Positions 47,432 through 60,193 of a DNA stretch of 64,000 bases are shown one piece after another. Location: NCBI GenBank assembly GCA_018699955.1, contig JABISG010000147.1, positions 96,544 to 160,543 on the forward strand, written 5' to 3'. The position numbers were made by a program, and so were the translations under genes. How positions within the stretch are numbered: the stretch's first letter is position 1; each line of letters opens with the position of its first letter. The DNA comes from Planctomycetaceae bacterium (lineage in GTDB: Bacteria > Planctomycetota > Planctomycetia > Planctomycetales > Planctomycetaceae). Below the pieces are notes generated by a model, which ran no database searches, had not been told where the DNA came from, and was given only the letters and a program-made list of their open reading frames with translations.

Positions 47432-50302
47432 ATGAGCAATCCGATTGAAGCCTGGAAATCTGAAAAACATCCATTCGATGTCTGGTCCGACGTCGAGAAA
47501 CATGCGGCGGCGAAGACGCCGATGAAGTCGATTGCTGCGCCCGATTTGGAGCGGATGAAGTGGCACGGGTTTTTGTATCGCAAGCGGGATGGGGCAGGGC
47601 GGTACATGAGCCGCATTCGCATCACCGCCGGCGAATTGACCGGGAAGCAGGCCCGCGAGATTGCGCACATTGCGTACGAATACGGTCACGGCATTGTCGA
47701 TGTGACGACCCGCGCCAACCTGCAGATTCAAGGGTTGGGAATCGAACATGTGCCGAAGGTTGTCGAACGGTTGGCGAATGTGGGGCTGTCGGCAAAACAG
47801 ACGGGACACGACAACATTCGCAATGTGTTTGCCCATCCCTTCAGCGGACTGATGCCGGGCGAATTGATCGACACGCGGCAGTTAAGCCACGACGTGACTG
47901 CGTTGTTCATCGACAGTCGGACGTATTCCGATTTGCCGCGGAAGATGAATATCTGCCTGAATGGCACCGACCAGCATTCCGCGCACTTCTGGACACAGGA
48001 CATTAGTTTTCTGGCGACCGAAGTCGATGGCGACGTGTTGTTTCACATGCTGATTGCCGGCACACAGGGACAGAACCCGCATCTCGCGTGGCATCTGCCG
48101 GTGTTGGTGCAGCCGGATCAGGTCGTTGAAGTCACACGGTCACTGCTCGACTTGTTCCGCGCGAAAGGGTCGCGCGAAAAACGTAACGTCACCCGATTTC
48201 GTTTCCTCGTCGAGAAGATCGGCGTGGGGGGCGTGCTCGATTGGCTGGAGGGGGATTTGCCGTTCCCACTGCAACCGTCTGTCGGCGAGCCGTCACCGGC
48301 GACCGGGCACGATGAACTTGTCGGCTGGTTTCGGCAGGCGGAGCCGAAACTGTGGACGATGGGACTTTCGGTTCCGCTGGGCCGCATGACGTGGCAGCAA
48401 CTCGAAGGCTTGGCGCTTTTGAGCGGCAAGTGGGGAGATGGCAATCTGCGGACAACGCACGAGCAGGGGATTGCCGTCGCAAATATTCCGCCTGGTTTTC
48501 GCGAAGCCGCCGCCACCGATGCAGCCGCTGCCGGATTGAGCGTTCATGCCGATCCATTTGAACTGAATACGATGGCCTGCACCGGCAGCCAGTTCTGTAA
48601 CATCGCCGTCACCGAAACCAAGGGGCAGATGTTCCAGCTGATTGAAAAGCTGCGGAAGCGGGCGCTGAAACTGCATGGCATACGTATCCACATGAGCGGT
48701 TGCCCGTCGAGTTGCGCGCAACACTTTACGGCCGACATCGGTTTGAAAGGTGTCCGCGTCCGCCGATTGATGGGGACGCGAGAAGGTTTCGATGTTTACC
48801 TGGGCGGCGGACTGGCGGGCCGCGTTCATATGGGGTTGCCGTTCCGGCTTGGTGTCGATGCCGATCAGCTACCGACGTTGGTGGAAGAGGTCGTTGGTGA
48901 ATTCTATCTGCGACACAAGGCGGGGCAGACCTTCAGCGCGTATTGGCGGGAAAAACTGCAGGCGGCTGAAGCCCGCAAAGTGATCGACGACGATTATCGT
49001 CTTCCCACCTGGTTGTGTGAGAGCTGCGATTACCAACACACGGGCGAAGATCCGCCCATTTATTGCCCGAGTTGTGCCGGCCTGCGTCGACACTTCGCAC
49101 GTCTGGAAGAAGGCGTTTCTCCCGACGCAGAAAAGGATGCCATAGTCGAAACCGTACCGACCCGCGACGACGGGTTTGTCTTCGCCGCAAAACACGATGC
49201 CTTATCCGCCGACGAAGGGCTGACAGTTGAAGTGGGCGGAAGCGAATACGCGTTGTTTCAGGTTGGCGACGACGTGAAGTGCATCGATTCCGCCTGTCCG
49301 CATGAAGGTGCTTCGCTTGCCGAGGGTGAAATGAAGGGCGGTGTCGTCACCTGTCCATGGCACGGCTGGAGATTCAACCCGTGTGACGGTTGCAGTCTCG
49401 ATTCCCCGGGGGACGACGTCGCAGCGTACAGGACGTTGGTTGAAGACGGAAACATTTTCATCGAGGTCGGTTCACCATCACAGGCAAGCAATTCCGGCGC
49501 ACCGAATTCAACGCAGGCGATCCTCGCGACTGCAGGCAAAGGAGCAGCGAAGAAGCCGCCGAGACCGGTGGAAGCGTTGTTGCCGGTGCTTGATGTCATC
49601 GACGAGTCGCCCAACGTTCGCACATTTCGGCTCGATAATTCCGTTGCCAGGATTCCGTTCGATTTGCCCGGTAAGTTTGCCAAGGTTTGCGTTCCCGCTG
49701 ACGATGGCGACGTTTGGCGGAGCTTTACAATCAGTTCTTCGCCCACAGTGACCGACCACATTGATCTGACGATTAAGCTGAACCCCGACGGCTGTGTGTC
49801 TCGGCATCTCTTTGAGAATGCTCAGCCCGGAAGCCATGTGAAAGTGAAGGGCGCACAGGGCGGGTTCTTCTTCGATGCGGAACGGCAAACCGAGCCGTTG
49901 GTGTTGATTTCCGCCGGCAGCGGGATCACACCGATGATGTCAATTGCCCGTTATCTCGATGCCGTCGGCAGTAACTTGGATTGCACATTTCTCTACGGAG
50001 CGCGGTCGTCGGGCGATGTCATCTTCCGCGATGAGTGTGAAGACATGGCGAAACGCCGACCGTCGTTTCGCTATCGTGTCACGCTTTCGCAGCCGAATGA
50101 TGACTGGAGCGGCGAATGCGGGCGGCTCGACTTTGACCGTGTTTCAAGATGGGTGGAGAACATTGGCGAGAGTTGCTACTTCCTCTGTGGACCAAACGAA
50201 TTCATGGACCAGCTGCGATCAGCGCTCGTCGATGCGGGTGTCGATTCGGATCATATTCACAGCGAAGAGTTTCACAGTTCACCAACACCGGTTGCGTTGT
50301 GA
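47432..50302 (+). CDS. nirA: multidomain nitrite reductase: siroheme/[4Fe-4S] ferredoxin-type nitrite reductase (NirA-like), rubredoxin-like zinc ribbon, Rieske [2Fe-2S] (NirD-like) and FNR-like FAD/NAD(P)-binding reductase
   Basis: NiR/SiR cluster motifs (CTGSQFC, SGCPSSC). CxxC...CPSC ribbon. Rieske CPHEG...CPWHGW. FNR motifs RSFTISS and ISAGSGITPM. 956 aa. Confidence 0.9.
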   Translation: MSNPIEAWKSEKHPFDVWSDVEKHAAAKTPMKSIAAPDLERMKWHGFLYRKRDGAGRYMSRIRITAGELTGKQAREIAHIAYEYGHGIVDVTTRANLQIQGLGIEHVPKVVERLANVGLSAKQTGHDNIRNVFAHPFSGLMPGELIDTRQLSHDVTALFIDSRTYSDLPRKMNICLNGTDQHSAHFWTQDISFLATEVDGDVLFHMLIAGTQGQNPHLAWHLPVLVQPDQVVEVTRSLLDLFRAKGSREKRNVTRFRFLVEKIGVGGVLDWLEGDLPFPLQPSVGEPSPATGHDELVGWFRQAEPKLWTMGLSVPLGRMTWQQLEGLALLSGKWGDGNLRTTHEQGIAVANIPPGFREAAATDAAAAGLSVHADPFELNTMACTGSQFCNIAVTETKGQMFQLIEKLRKRALKLHGIRIHMSGCPSSCAQHFTADIGLKGVRVRRLMGTREGFDVYLGGGLAGRVHMGLPFRLGVDADQLPTLVEEVVGEFYLRHKAGQTFSAYWREKLQAAEARKVIDDDYRLPTWLCESCDYQHTGEDPPIYCPSCAGLRRHFARLEEGVSPDAEKDAIVETVPTRDDGFVFAAKHDALSADEGLTVEVGGSEYALFQVGDDVKCIDSACPHEGASLAEGEMKGGVVTCPWHGWRFNPCDGCSLDSPGDDVAAYRTLVEDGNIFIEVGSPSQASNSGAPNSTQAILATAGKGAAKKPPRPVEALLPVLDVIDESPNVRTFRLDNSVARIPFDLPGKFAKVCVPADDGDVWRSFTISSSPTVTDHIDLTIKLNPDGCVSRHLFENAQPGSHVKVKGAQGGFFFDAERQTEPLVLISAGSGITPMMSIARYLDAVGSNLDCTFLYGARSSGDVIFRDECEDMAKRRPSFRYRVTLSQPNDDWSGECGRLDFDRVSRWVENIGESCYFLCGPNEFMDQLRSALVDAGVDSDHIHSEEFHSSPTPVAL

Positions 50303-50310
50303 GGTGGGCG

Positions 50311-52059
50311 ATGCAAGCTGTTGAACATGAAACGACTCAATCGACCAGGGCATCCGTCGTCGGGGAGCCATTGCTGCCGATTGTCGAAGTCCGTCGATGT
50401 GATGATGACGGGGGATCGCTCATCGCGTTGCTGCTCGCCGAACAGCAACAGTTGACCGCGGTCGAACAATTCAGCCGCGAACAGAAGATCGGCGACGTTC
50501 CAGCGCAGGCAAAGCATTACACAAAGCTGCTTCCGGCGACTGCTCCGGCTGAGGGGCAACAGTATGCTTTCGAGGTCGATCTCGATCGCTGTTCCGGTTG
50601 CATGGCCTGTGTTACTGCCTGTCATTCGTTGAACGGGTTGGACGAGGATGAGACGTGGCGCGACGTCGGTTTGATGATTGGCGGCACGTCTTCTAATCCA
50701 ATCAAGCAGCATGTGACGACGGCCTGTCATCATTGTCTCGAACCGGCCTGCATGATCGCTTGCCCCGTCGATGCTTACGAGAAGGATCCGGTCACCGGCA
50801 TCGTCAAGCATCTCGACGATCAATGCTTTGGCTGCCAATATTGCACGCTCGCCTGCCCGTATGATGTCCCCAAGTACCATCACAAAAAGGGCATCGTCCG
50901 CAAGTGTGACATGTGCAGTTCGCGTTTGGCTGTGGGTGAAGCACCGGCGTGCGTGCAGGCGTGTCCTCACGAAGCGATTGCGATCACGTTGGTTGAAACC
51001 CGTGACGTCAAAGAAAACGCCGAGGCCGACTACTTCCTGCCGGCGGCCCCCGAACCGCACCTCACGTTTCCGACCACTCATTACAAGACGTCGCGGGTGT
51101 TTCCCCGCAATACGCTGCCCGTTGATTACCACGCGACAAGCCCGCAGCATCCTCATTGGCCGCTGATTCTCATGCTGGTTCTTACGCAGTTATCGGTCGG
51201 CGCTTTTGTTGCGGGGCTTGTGTTGGATGAGGTTTTGAATTCCGCGCTGTTGGCTGCCTTTGCACCGTTGCATGCCACCACCGCGCTCATATTCGGGTTG
51301 CTGGCGCTCGGGGCCAGCACGCTGCATTTGGGGCGACCGCAATTCGCGTTTCGTGCCATCGTGGGATTACGGCATTCGTGGCTCAGCCGCGAGATATTGG
51401 CATTCGGACTGTTCGCGGGAGCTGCGATTGTTTTCTCTGCGTCATCATGGGTCGATTGGTCACCTGGGTGGTTGAACTATGGGCTGGGATGGTGCGTTGC
51501 CGTCACCGGAATTGGCGGCGTCTTCTGCTCGGTGATGCTCTATGCCTTCACGCGACGTGAATTCTGGAGCTTTCCACAAACGGCCACCAGGTTCGTGCTG
51601 ACGTCGGCCATGCTCGGCATTGCCGCGACATGGCTTTCTATTTTGTTGGTTGGTGTTGTCGGTGAGAGTCGTTCGGCCCACGAACTGGCCACCGTTGCCG
51701 GCGACAAGTTATCGCAATCGCTCATCGCTTTAGCAGCAGCCAAATTGCTGTTCGAGATGTCGTTGTTTCGACATCTCGCCGCACGTCGTGTGACGCCCTT
51801 GAAACGGTCCGCCTGGTTAATGTTGGGACGACTTTCAAATCACAGTTTGGCGCGATTTGCACTCGGACTGCTTGGCGGAATCTGTATGCCGCTGTTTCTG
51901 CTGAGCCGACATGCGGTCGGTGCCGATTCGGCCGGCGTGATTGAAGTGATCATTGTTGCAATGCTGTTTGCTGCCTGCCTGGTGGGCGAATTGCTCGAGC
52001 GCTACCTGTTTTTCGCCGCTTGTTCGGCCCCACGAATGCCGGGATTGCACAGTGGTTAG
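50311..52059 (+). CDS. 4Fe-4S ferredoxin (DmsB-like, four Cys clusters) fused to an NrfD/DmsC-like polytopic membrane anchor
   Basis: Four CxxCxxCxxxCP motifs at residues about 95-250, then eight or more TM helices. GAGGTG RBS, ATG at 50311, 8 bp after the nirA stop. Confidence 0.8.
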   Translation: MQAVEHETTQSTRASVVGEPLLPIVEVRRCDDDGGSLIALLLAEQQQLTAVEQFSREQKIGDVPAQAKHYTKLLPATAPAEGQQYAFEVDLDRCSGCMACVTACHSLNGLDEDETWRDVGLMIGGTSSNPIKQHVTTACHHCLEPACMIACPVDAYEKDPVTGIVKHLDDQCFGCQYCTLACPYDVPKYHHKKGIVRKCDMCSSRLAVGEAPACVQACPHEAIAITLVETRDVKENAEADYFLPAAPEPHLTFPTTHYKTSRVFPRNTLPVDYHATSPQHPHWPLILMLVLTQLSVGAFVAGLVLDEVLNSALLAAFAPLHATTALIFGLLALGASTLHLGRPQFAFRAIVGLRHSWLSREILAFGLFAGAAIVFSASSWVDWSPGWLNYGLGWCVAVTGIGGVFCSVMLYAFTRREFWSFPQTATRFVLTSAMLGIAATWLSILLVGVVGESRSAHELATVAGDKLSQSLIALAAAKLLFEMSLFRHLAARRVTPLKRSAWLMLGRLSNHSLARFALGLLGGICMPLFLLSRHAVGADSAGVIEVIIVAMLFAACLVGELLERYLFFAACSAPRMPGLHSG

Positions 52060-52083
52060 TCACACCTTGCCTCTCCTCAAATT

Positions 52084-54288
52084 ATGAACGACAACACCGC
52101 CACAATTCGTGAATTGCTGCATCAGCGGTCTGGGCCGCTTACTCGGGAATTGATGCTCGAGCCGGGCCGATTCGGTTTGGGCCAGGTTCCCGCGTCCGCC
52201 AAACCCGATGCGACGACGGGCATGGTGTGCGGATACTGTTCGACGGGTTGCAATCTCAACGTTCACCTCAAAGAGGGCGAAGCGGTCGGTCTCTCGCCGA
52301 CGACCGATTATCCCGTCAATCTGGGGATGGCCTGCCCAAAGGGGTGGGAAGCGCTCACCGTGCTTGACTCAGCTGACCGTGCCACAACGCCGTTGTTGAG
52401 AAACCCGGGCGGACGATTGGAACCAGTCGAATGGGAAACCGCGATGCGGACCTTCGTTGATCGCTTCAAGGGAATTCAAGAGAAGCATGGCAAGCATTCG
52501 GTTGCGTTTCTGGGGACGGGGCAAATCCCAACCGAAGAGATGGCGTTACTCGGCGCGTTGACGAAATTCGGCATGGGGATTCTGCACGGAGATGGCAACA
52601 CGCGGCAATGCATGGCGACATCGGTGGTCGCCTACAAGCAGGCCTTCGGTTTCGATGCGCCCCCTTACACTTATGCCGACTTTGAAGAGTCGGACGTTAT
52701 CGTCCTCGTCGGCAGCAACCTCTGCATTGCGCATCCCATTATGTGGGAACGTGTGATGCGAAACCCGCATCAGCCGGAAATCGTCGTCATCGATCCGCGC
52801 ATGACCGAGACGGCGATGAACGCCACCCAGCATCTGCCGCTTGCGCCGAAATCCGATCAATCACTGCTCTACGGCATCGCCCGCATACTTATCGAAAACG
52901 ACTGGATCGATCATCGATTTGTTGAAGCGGCGACCAACGAATTTGCCGAGTTCGTCGAATTCGTGGCGCCGTTCACCGACGATCGCGTTGCCAATGACAC
53001 GGGGCTGACGGCCGAACAACTCCACCGATTCGCCGAGACGATCCACGGCGGCAAACGCGTTTCCTTCTGGTGGACGATGGGGGTCAATCAAAGTTATCAA
53101 GGCGTTCGCACGGCGCAGGCGATTATCAACCTTGCGCTAATGACTGGCAACATCGGCCGGCCCGGCACCGGTGCGAATTCTATTACCGGTCAATGCAACG
53201 CGATGGGTTCGCGGCTTTTCAGCAACACGAGCAATCTGCTTGGAGGACATGACTTCACGAATGCCGAACATCGGAAAAAGATTGCCGGCATTCTCGACAT
53301 CGATGCCGAGGCGATCCCCACTGAAAACAGTTGGGCTTACAACGAAATTATTGAGGGGATTCTGCGAGGCAAGATCAAAGGGTTGTGGGTCATTTGCACG
53401 AACCCTGCGCATTCCTGGATCAATCAGAACCAATGTCGCGACATTCTCGACCGGCTCGACTTTCTCGTCGTGCAGGACATGTATGCTAATACCGAGACGG
53501 CAGAGATGGCCGACCTTGTTCTGCCGGCTGCCGGCTGGGGTGAAAAGGAAGGAACCTTCATCAATTCCGAACGCCGCATCGGTGTTCTCAAGAAGGTGGC
53601 CAAGGCTCCCGGTCAAGCGATTTCCGATTTCAACATCTTCAAACTCGTTGCGCACTACTGGGGCTGCGGCGAGATGTTCGAGCGTTGGCAGACGCCCGAA
53701 GACGTCTTCCAGATTCTCAAGCAATGCTCGGCGGGACAGCCGTGCGATATCACTGGGATCGAAGGCTATCGGCACATCGATCAAGGCGGCGGTATTCAAT
53801 GGCCGTTTGCGTCCGGCGATATCGAAGCGACGCGGGAACGGCGTCTATTCGAAGACGGGCAGTTCTTTCATCCCGACGGCAAAGCGAGATTCCTGTTCGA
53901 GGAACCTCGTCCGTTAAGCGAACCGCCCACCAAGCGCTTTCCGTTCATCCTGCTCACCGGACGGGGGACGGCTTCTCAGTGGCACACGCAGACCCGAACC
54001 GGGCAGTCGGCTGTACTGCGGAAGCTGTACCCGAAAAAGCTCATCGTCGAAATCAATCCGGCCGATGCCGAGCGCCTGCAGATTGGTCCGGGGGAGCGGG
54101 TGGTCGTGAAATCACAGCGCGGCCGCATCGAGGCACGCGCCTTTCTCACGCCGACCATTCAACGCGGCCAGGTTTTCGTGGCGATGCACGACCGCACGGT
54201 CAACCAGCTAACCGATGCGGTCTTCGACCCGTATTCCAGGCAGCCCTCGTACAAGGCGTGTGCCGTGCAAGTTATGCGGCATCCGTAA
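52084..54288 (+). CDS. nasA: assimilatory-type molybdopterin nitrate reductase catalytic subunit (NasA/NarB-like), no Tat signal
   Basis: N-terminal [13 protein letters not shown] [4Fe-4S] motif, MopB core and C-terminal molybdopterin dinucleotide-binding barrel; 734 aa. Confidence 0.9.
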   Translation: MNDNTATIRELLHQRSGPLTRELMLEPGRFGLGQVPASAKPDATTGMVCGYCSTGCNLNVHLKEGEAVGLSPTTDYPVNLGMACPKGWEALTVLDSADRATTPLLRNPGGRLEPVEWETAMRTFVDRFKGIQEKHGKHSVAFLGTGQIPTEEMALLGALTKFGMGILHGDGNTRQCMATSVVAYKQAFGFDAPPYTYADFEESDVIVLVGSNLCIAHPIMWERVMRNPHQPEIVVIDPRMTETAMNATQHLPLAPKSDQSLLYGIARILIENDWIDHRFVEAATNEFAEFVEFVAPFTDDRVANDTGLTAEQLHRFAETIHGGKRVSFWWTMGVNQSYQGVRTAQAIINLALMTGNIGRPGTGANSITGQCNAMGSRLFSNTSNLLGGHDFTNAEHRKKIAGILDIDAEAIPTENSWAYNEIIEGILRGKIKGLWVICTNPAHSWINQNQCRDILDRLDFLVVQDMYANTETAEMADLVLPAAGWGEKEGTFINSERRIGVLKKVAKAPGQAISDFNIFKLVAHYWGCGEMFERWQTPEDVFQILKQCSAGQPCDITGIEGYRHIDQGGGIQWPFASGDIEATRERRLFEDGQFFHPDGKARFLFEEPRPLSEPPTKRFPFILLTGRGTASQWHTQTRTGQSAVLRKLYPKKLIVEINPADAERLQIGPGERVVVKSQRGRIEARAFLTPTIQRGQVFVAMHDRTVNQLTDAVFDPYSRQPSYKACAVQVMRHP

Positions 54289-54321
54289 ACGGGCATTGCC
54301 TGGTCTGTTAACTGCCGACGG

Positions 54322-55842
54322 TTAATACTGCAGCGTTGTCATCAGGTACAATTGTTTGGCGTCGTCTCGTGGCAGGTTCTGGTTCACGAAGGCACCGTAC
54401 CAAAACAATGAGTAACCCAGTTGCACGTTGAGGTTTTTGTTGACCTTGTATTTCGCGATCAGGTCGAGTTCTTCACCAATGTCGCGGCTGCCGCCGACGG
54501 CACCAAACGGAACGCGTGCAACGTTGTAGGCGGTGTCGCTCGTTTTCGCTCGATCAAAAAAGTGAAACGCGGCAACGAGTTTCAAGCGGTCCGTCGGTTT
54601 GACGTCGGCCTGAATGCTGTAATCGAGCAGGTTCTGCCCGCTGAGGTTGTCGATAATTCCCCAGTAAGAGTGTCCGAACGGATACAGCACGTCGAAGGTG
54701 TTGCTTTGGCCGTCGTTGGGGTCATCATCGCCCGACCCCCAATAGAAGAGTCCGCCGATACGTGGTTGCCAGGCGACGTTTTTCCAGCGATGACCGCCTT
54801 GCATCGTAAAGAACCCGGCGCTGACATCCGCCCCGGCATCGGAACCAAACTGATAGGCACCTTCCATGTCGAAGTCCCAGACGCGAGCAACGTTGCAGCA
54901 GCAATCGGTGATGGGAATCTCACCGCCATAACGCATCCCGATGGTGTGCCGACGACCGCCCACGGGGAGACGCGCCGCGCGGCTATCTTCTTTCCACAAC
55001 CAGTACAAATCGAGAGTGCGGTTTTCATAACCTTTGTAAGAGGTGTAAAGGCCGGTGAATTGGACATCGTGTCCTGGTCGGTCGCGTTCGTTGTCTTGAA
55101 GGGCAAGCGCGGTTTCACGTGTGGTGCTGTTGACCGGATTGGCTGTGAACAGATCGATGTCCCAGTCGCAAGTTGTCATATACAGGCGATGGCCCTGAAA
55201 GTTCCGCCGCGTGTTTGCCCAGTCGAGCGTAGAGACCAGGCGTTGTTTTCCGTACTGCAAGTCCTGGCGACCGTAACGATACCAACTGTCGGCTTCGCTC
55301 CAGAGGGGGACTCGAACTTCCGCGTAGGCGTTGAGCAGATCCCAACGGTTCTTGTCGATCGAAAGAGCTGGAAGTTCCTCGTCGAAAATCGATGCATCAA
55401 TTCCTTCGACATAGACGCGTGCCCAATCGCTCACGTTCAATTGGACGAAGTGCCGCCATCGCCAGAGATCGTACGTGCTGCGGCCCGGCCCTCCGGGACG
55501 AATGCGATCGTCTTCATCGATGTAACGGTATCGTAATTCGCCACCGGTCGAGAGCGTTACGCCGTCAGACAAACAGACGTCTCGCAGGTTGTGTAAAAGG
55601 AGTTCGTCACTGTTCAGCCAATGGTCGCATGATCCACCGCCGGTCTCGCAGAGGTAGTCGATGGGCTGAGTGTCGTTGCCGGAAAAAATGATCTCGGCTG
55701 CGGATTCGTCACTTGTGCTGCTGACATCGAGTGTCGGCTCATTCGTCGCCGACTCGTTCGTGTCGGTTTCTTCAGCTGCAGAGAGAAACGGCGTACAGCT
55801 GAGAATCAAAGCACAAAGGTGAACGCGTATGAAGAGTGGCAT
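54322..55842 (-). CDS. outer-membrane beta-barrel porin, alginate-export (AlgE-like) family candidate
   Basis: Signal peptide (MPLFIRVHLCALILSCTPFLSAAE), alternating amphipathic beta strands rich in Y/W/G, C-terminal ...TTLQY. ATG at 55840-55842. Confidence 0.65.
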   Translation of the reverse strand: MPLFIRVHLCALILSCTPFLSAAEETDTNESATNEPTLDVSSTSDESAAEIIFSGNDTQPIDYLCETGGGSCDHWLNSDELLLHNLRDVCLSDGVTLSTGGELRYRYIDEDDRIRPGGPGRSTYDLWRWRHFVQLNVSDWARVYVEGIDASIFDEELPALSIDKNRWDLLNAYAEVRVPLWSEADSWYRYGRQDLQYGKQRLVSTLDWANTRRNFQGHRLYMTTCDWDIDLFTANPVNSTTRETALALQDNERDRPGHDVQFTGLYTSYKGYENRTLDLYWLWKEDSRAARLPVGGRRHTIGMRYGGEIPITDCCCNVARVWDFDMEGAYQFGSDAGADVSAGFFTMQGGHRWKNVAWQPRIGGLFYWGSGDDDPNDGQSNTFDVLYPFGHSYWGIIDNLSGQNLLDYSIQADVKPTDRLKLVAAFHFFDRAKTSDTAYNVARVPFGAVGGSRDIGEELDLIAKYKVNKNLNVQLGYSLFWYGAFVNQNLPRDDAKQLYLMTTLQY

Positions 55843-56389
55843 AGCGACGTCCTCACGTGTGGGAGAGCTGGGTGGCGGGGGGATGGGAATGGTGGGGAGT
55901 GGACCGGATGTGATTCGATCCACAGCAGAAGAATCGGCTACTGCGAGAAAATGACTACAGAGAATCAACACAACCACGGCCGGTTGTCGGTTGATCGTTG
56001 AAAGCCAGCTAAAAAAACGCGATTGCCGATCCAACCGACACAAGTGCCAGCAAGATCACAAGCCGGTCAATGCGAACGGGCGAGCTGTGAAATGTGCGAT
56101 TTCGAGTGTTGCGCCGGCTGTGGATCGAACCGGAATCCGGCGTTTATGGGTAGTATTCCGACCCGGCATCCCTGTTGTCTCAGTGACGTAATTCTCTGCT
56201 GGTCCGATTGTGCAGATCACAACATTCTTGCGTCGTGAACACTCTGCCGCACGGACGGCGCCGCCGTACTCCCAGTAATATTCCTCCGCGCATGCTCCCA
56301 AAATGCAACTATGCTTTGGCTGTATTAGTACGGGAATCCACCGACAAAGGTTGACGGGGTAGTTTCCCTGCGCAAGCAAGGAGTTTTCG

Positions 56390-56842
56390 ATGAGCGGACT
56401 GAATTCACCTCTGACAATTGACGACCAATCCAATTCGTCCGAACCCACGCTGGTTCTGGATGGCAAGCAGGTCTTGCTGGCAGAGGACTGTGTCGATCAA
56501 GGGCGCCTCTATCTTAGGTTCCTCGAACGAGCGGGAACGGACGTCACGCTGGAGTGCAGCGGGCAGTCGGCGGTTGACGCGGTAGAAAAGTCACCGACGC
56601 GTTTTGATGCCGTCGTGATGGATTTCCAGATGCCGGAATTAGACGGGCTTGAAGCGACCGAGCGACTGCGAGCGCTGGGCTACACCGGGCCAATTATTGC
56701 AGTGACGGCGTTTTCATCGGAGGAGCTGAGATTGGCCTGGTTCAAGGCTGGCTGCGATGAATTCCTCGAAAAGCCGCTGACGAAAGCCACACTGATCAAG
56801 ACCGTCATGCAACATACGGCCACGGTGAGCGAAACGGTCTAA
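56390..56842 (+). CDS. response regulator, stand-alone receiver (CheY-like) domain
   Basis: Strong RBS AAGGAG. Receiver residues DD...D(54 equivalent, VVMDFQMP)...T...K. Confidence 0.85.
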   Translation: MSGLNSPLTIDDQSNSSEPTLVLDGKQVLLAEDCVDQGRLYLRFLERAGTDVTLECSGQSAVDAVEKSPTRFDAVVMDFQMPELDGLEATERLRALGYTGPIIAVTAFSSEELRLAWFKAGCDEFLEKPLTKATLIKTVMQHTATVSETV

Positions 56843-56851
56843 AGACGTGGC

Positions 56852-57571
56852 GTGAAAACCCTCCCACCCGTCCCCCCGGATACGGTCGCCAGGATGAGCG
56901 AGCAAGAAATGAACGCATCGAACGACGATCCCCACGTCGAGTTACCGCGTGATCGCCACAAAGTGTCTCAGATTGCCTTGGCAACTCTGACGGTGTTTTG
57001 GCTCGGTGCGGTCGTTTTCGGAATGGCCTGGATGTGGAAGTATGAGGCCACACCCGGAGAGGCAACCAAGTCTCTGGTGCATTGGCCTGTCGATAGTGGA
57101 ATTGAACGCAGCGCCGATCGCCCGACCGTCGTTCTGTTCGCCCACCCACGCTGCCCTTGCACTCGTGCAAGCATTCGTGAATTGGCCATTGTTAATGGCT
57201 CGTTGCCCCGGGCGCGTTGATGCGTGTGTGCTGTTCTTCAAGCCAACAGGCTTCTCCGCCGAATGGGACAGGACGGACCTGTGGTCTTCCGCCGAGGCAA
57301 TTCCCGACGTCAAGGTTTTCAGTGACGAGGACGGAAACGAAGCAAAGAGATTTCGCGCAACGACGTCTGGATATTCGTTGCTCTACAATCCGAGCGGCGA
57401 ATTGCTGTTCAGCGGTGGAATTACGGGATCGCGAGGTCATTCCGGTGACAATGCCGGGCGAACTGCGATCGAGTCGCTGGTGATGAACGGCGTGGCCGAC
57501 CAAGAACAGACCTTCGTCTTCGGCTGCCCATTACTGGGGCGAGACGATGCCTGCACTAAGGAGGGGCAATT

Positions 57572-57587
<16 letters not shown>
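56852..57587 (+). pseudogene. membrane-anchored thioredoxin-fold (TlpA/redoxin-like) protein interrupted by a frameshift in a C4G3 run near 57205
   Basis: Frame 1 (56852-57220) ends ...TVVLFAHPRCPCTRASIRELAIVNGSLP. Frame +1 (to 57587) continues GRVDACVLFFKP..., giving one continuous thioredoxin-like beta-alpha-beta domain only if one base is removed from ccccggg. Confidence 0.35.
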
Positions 57588-60181
<2,594 letters not shown>

Positions 60182-60193
60182 CGTTGTTCGCTT

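Noticed and set aside
53171-54311. 248-aa and 208-aa plus-strand ORFs in other frames of nasA
   Set aside because: Arg-rich frame-shadow translations; the nasA frame is continuous and homologous throughout.
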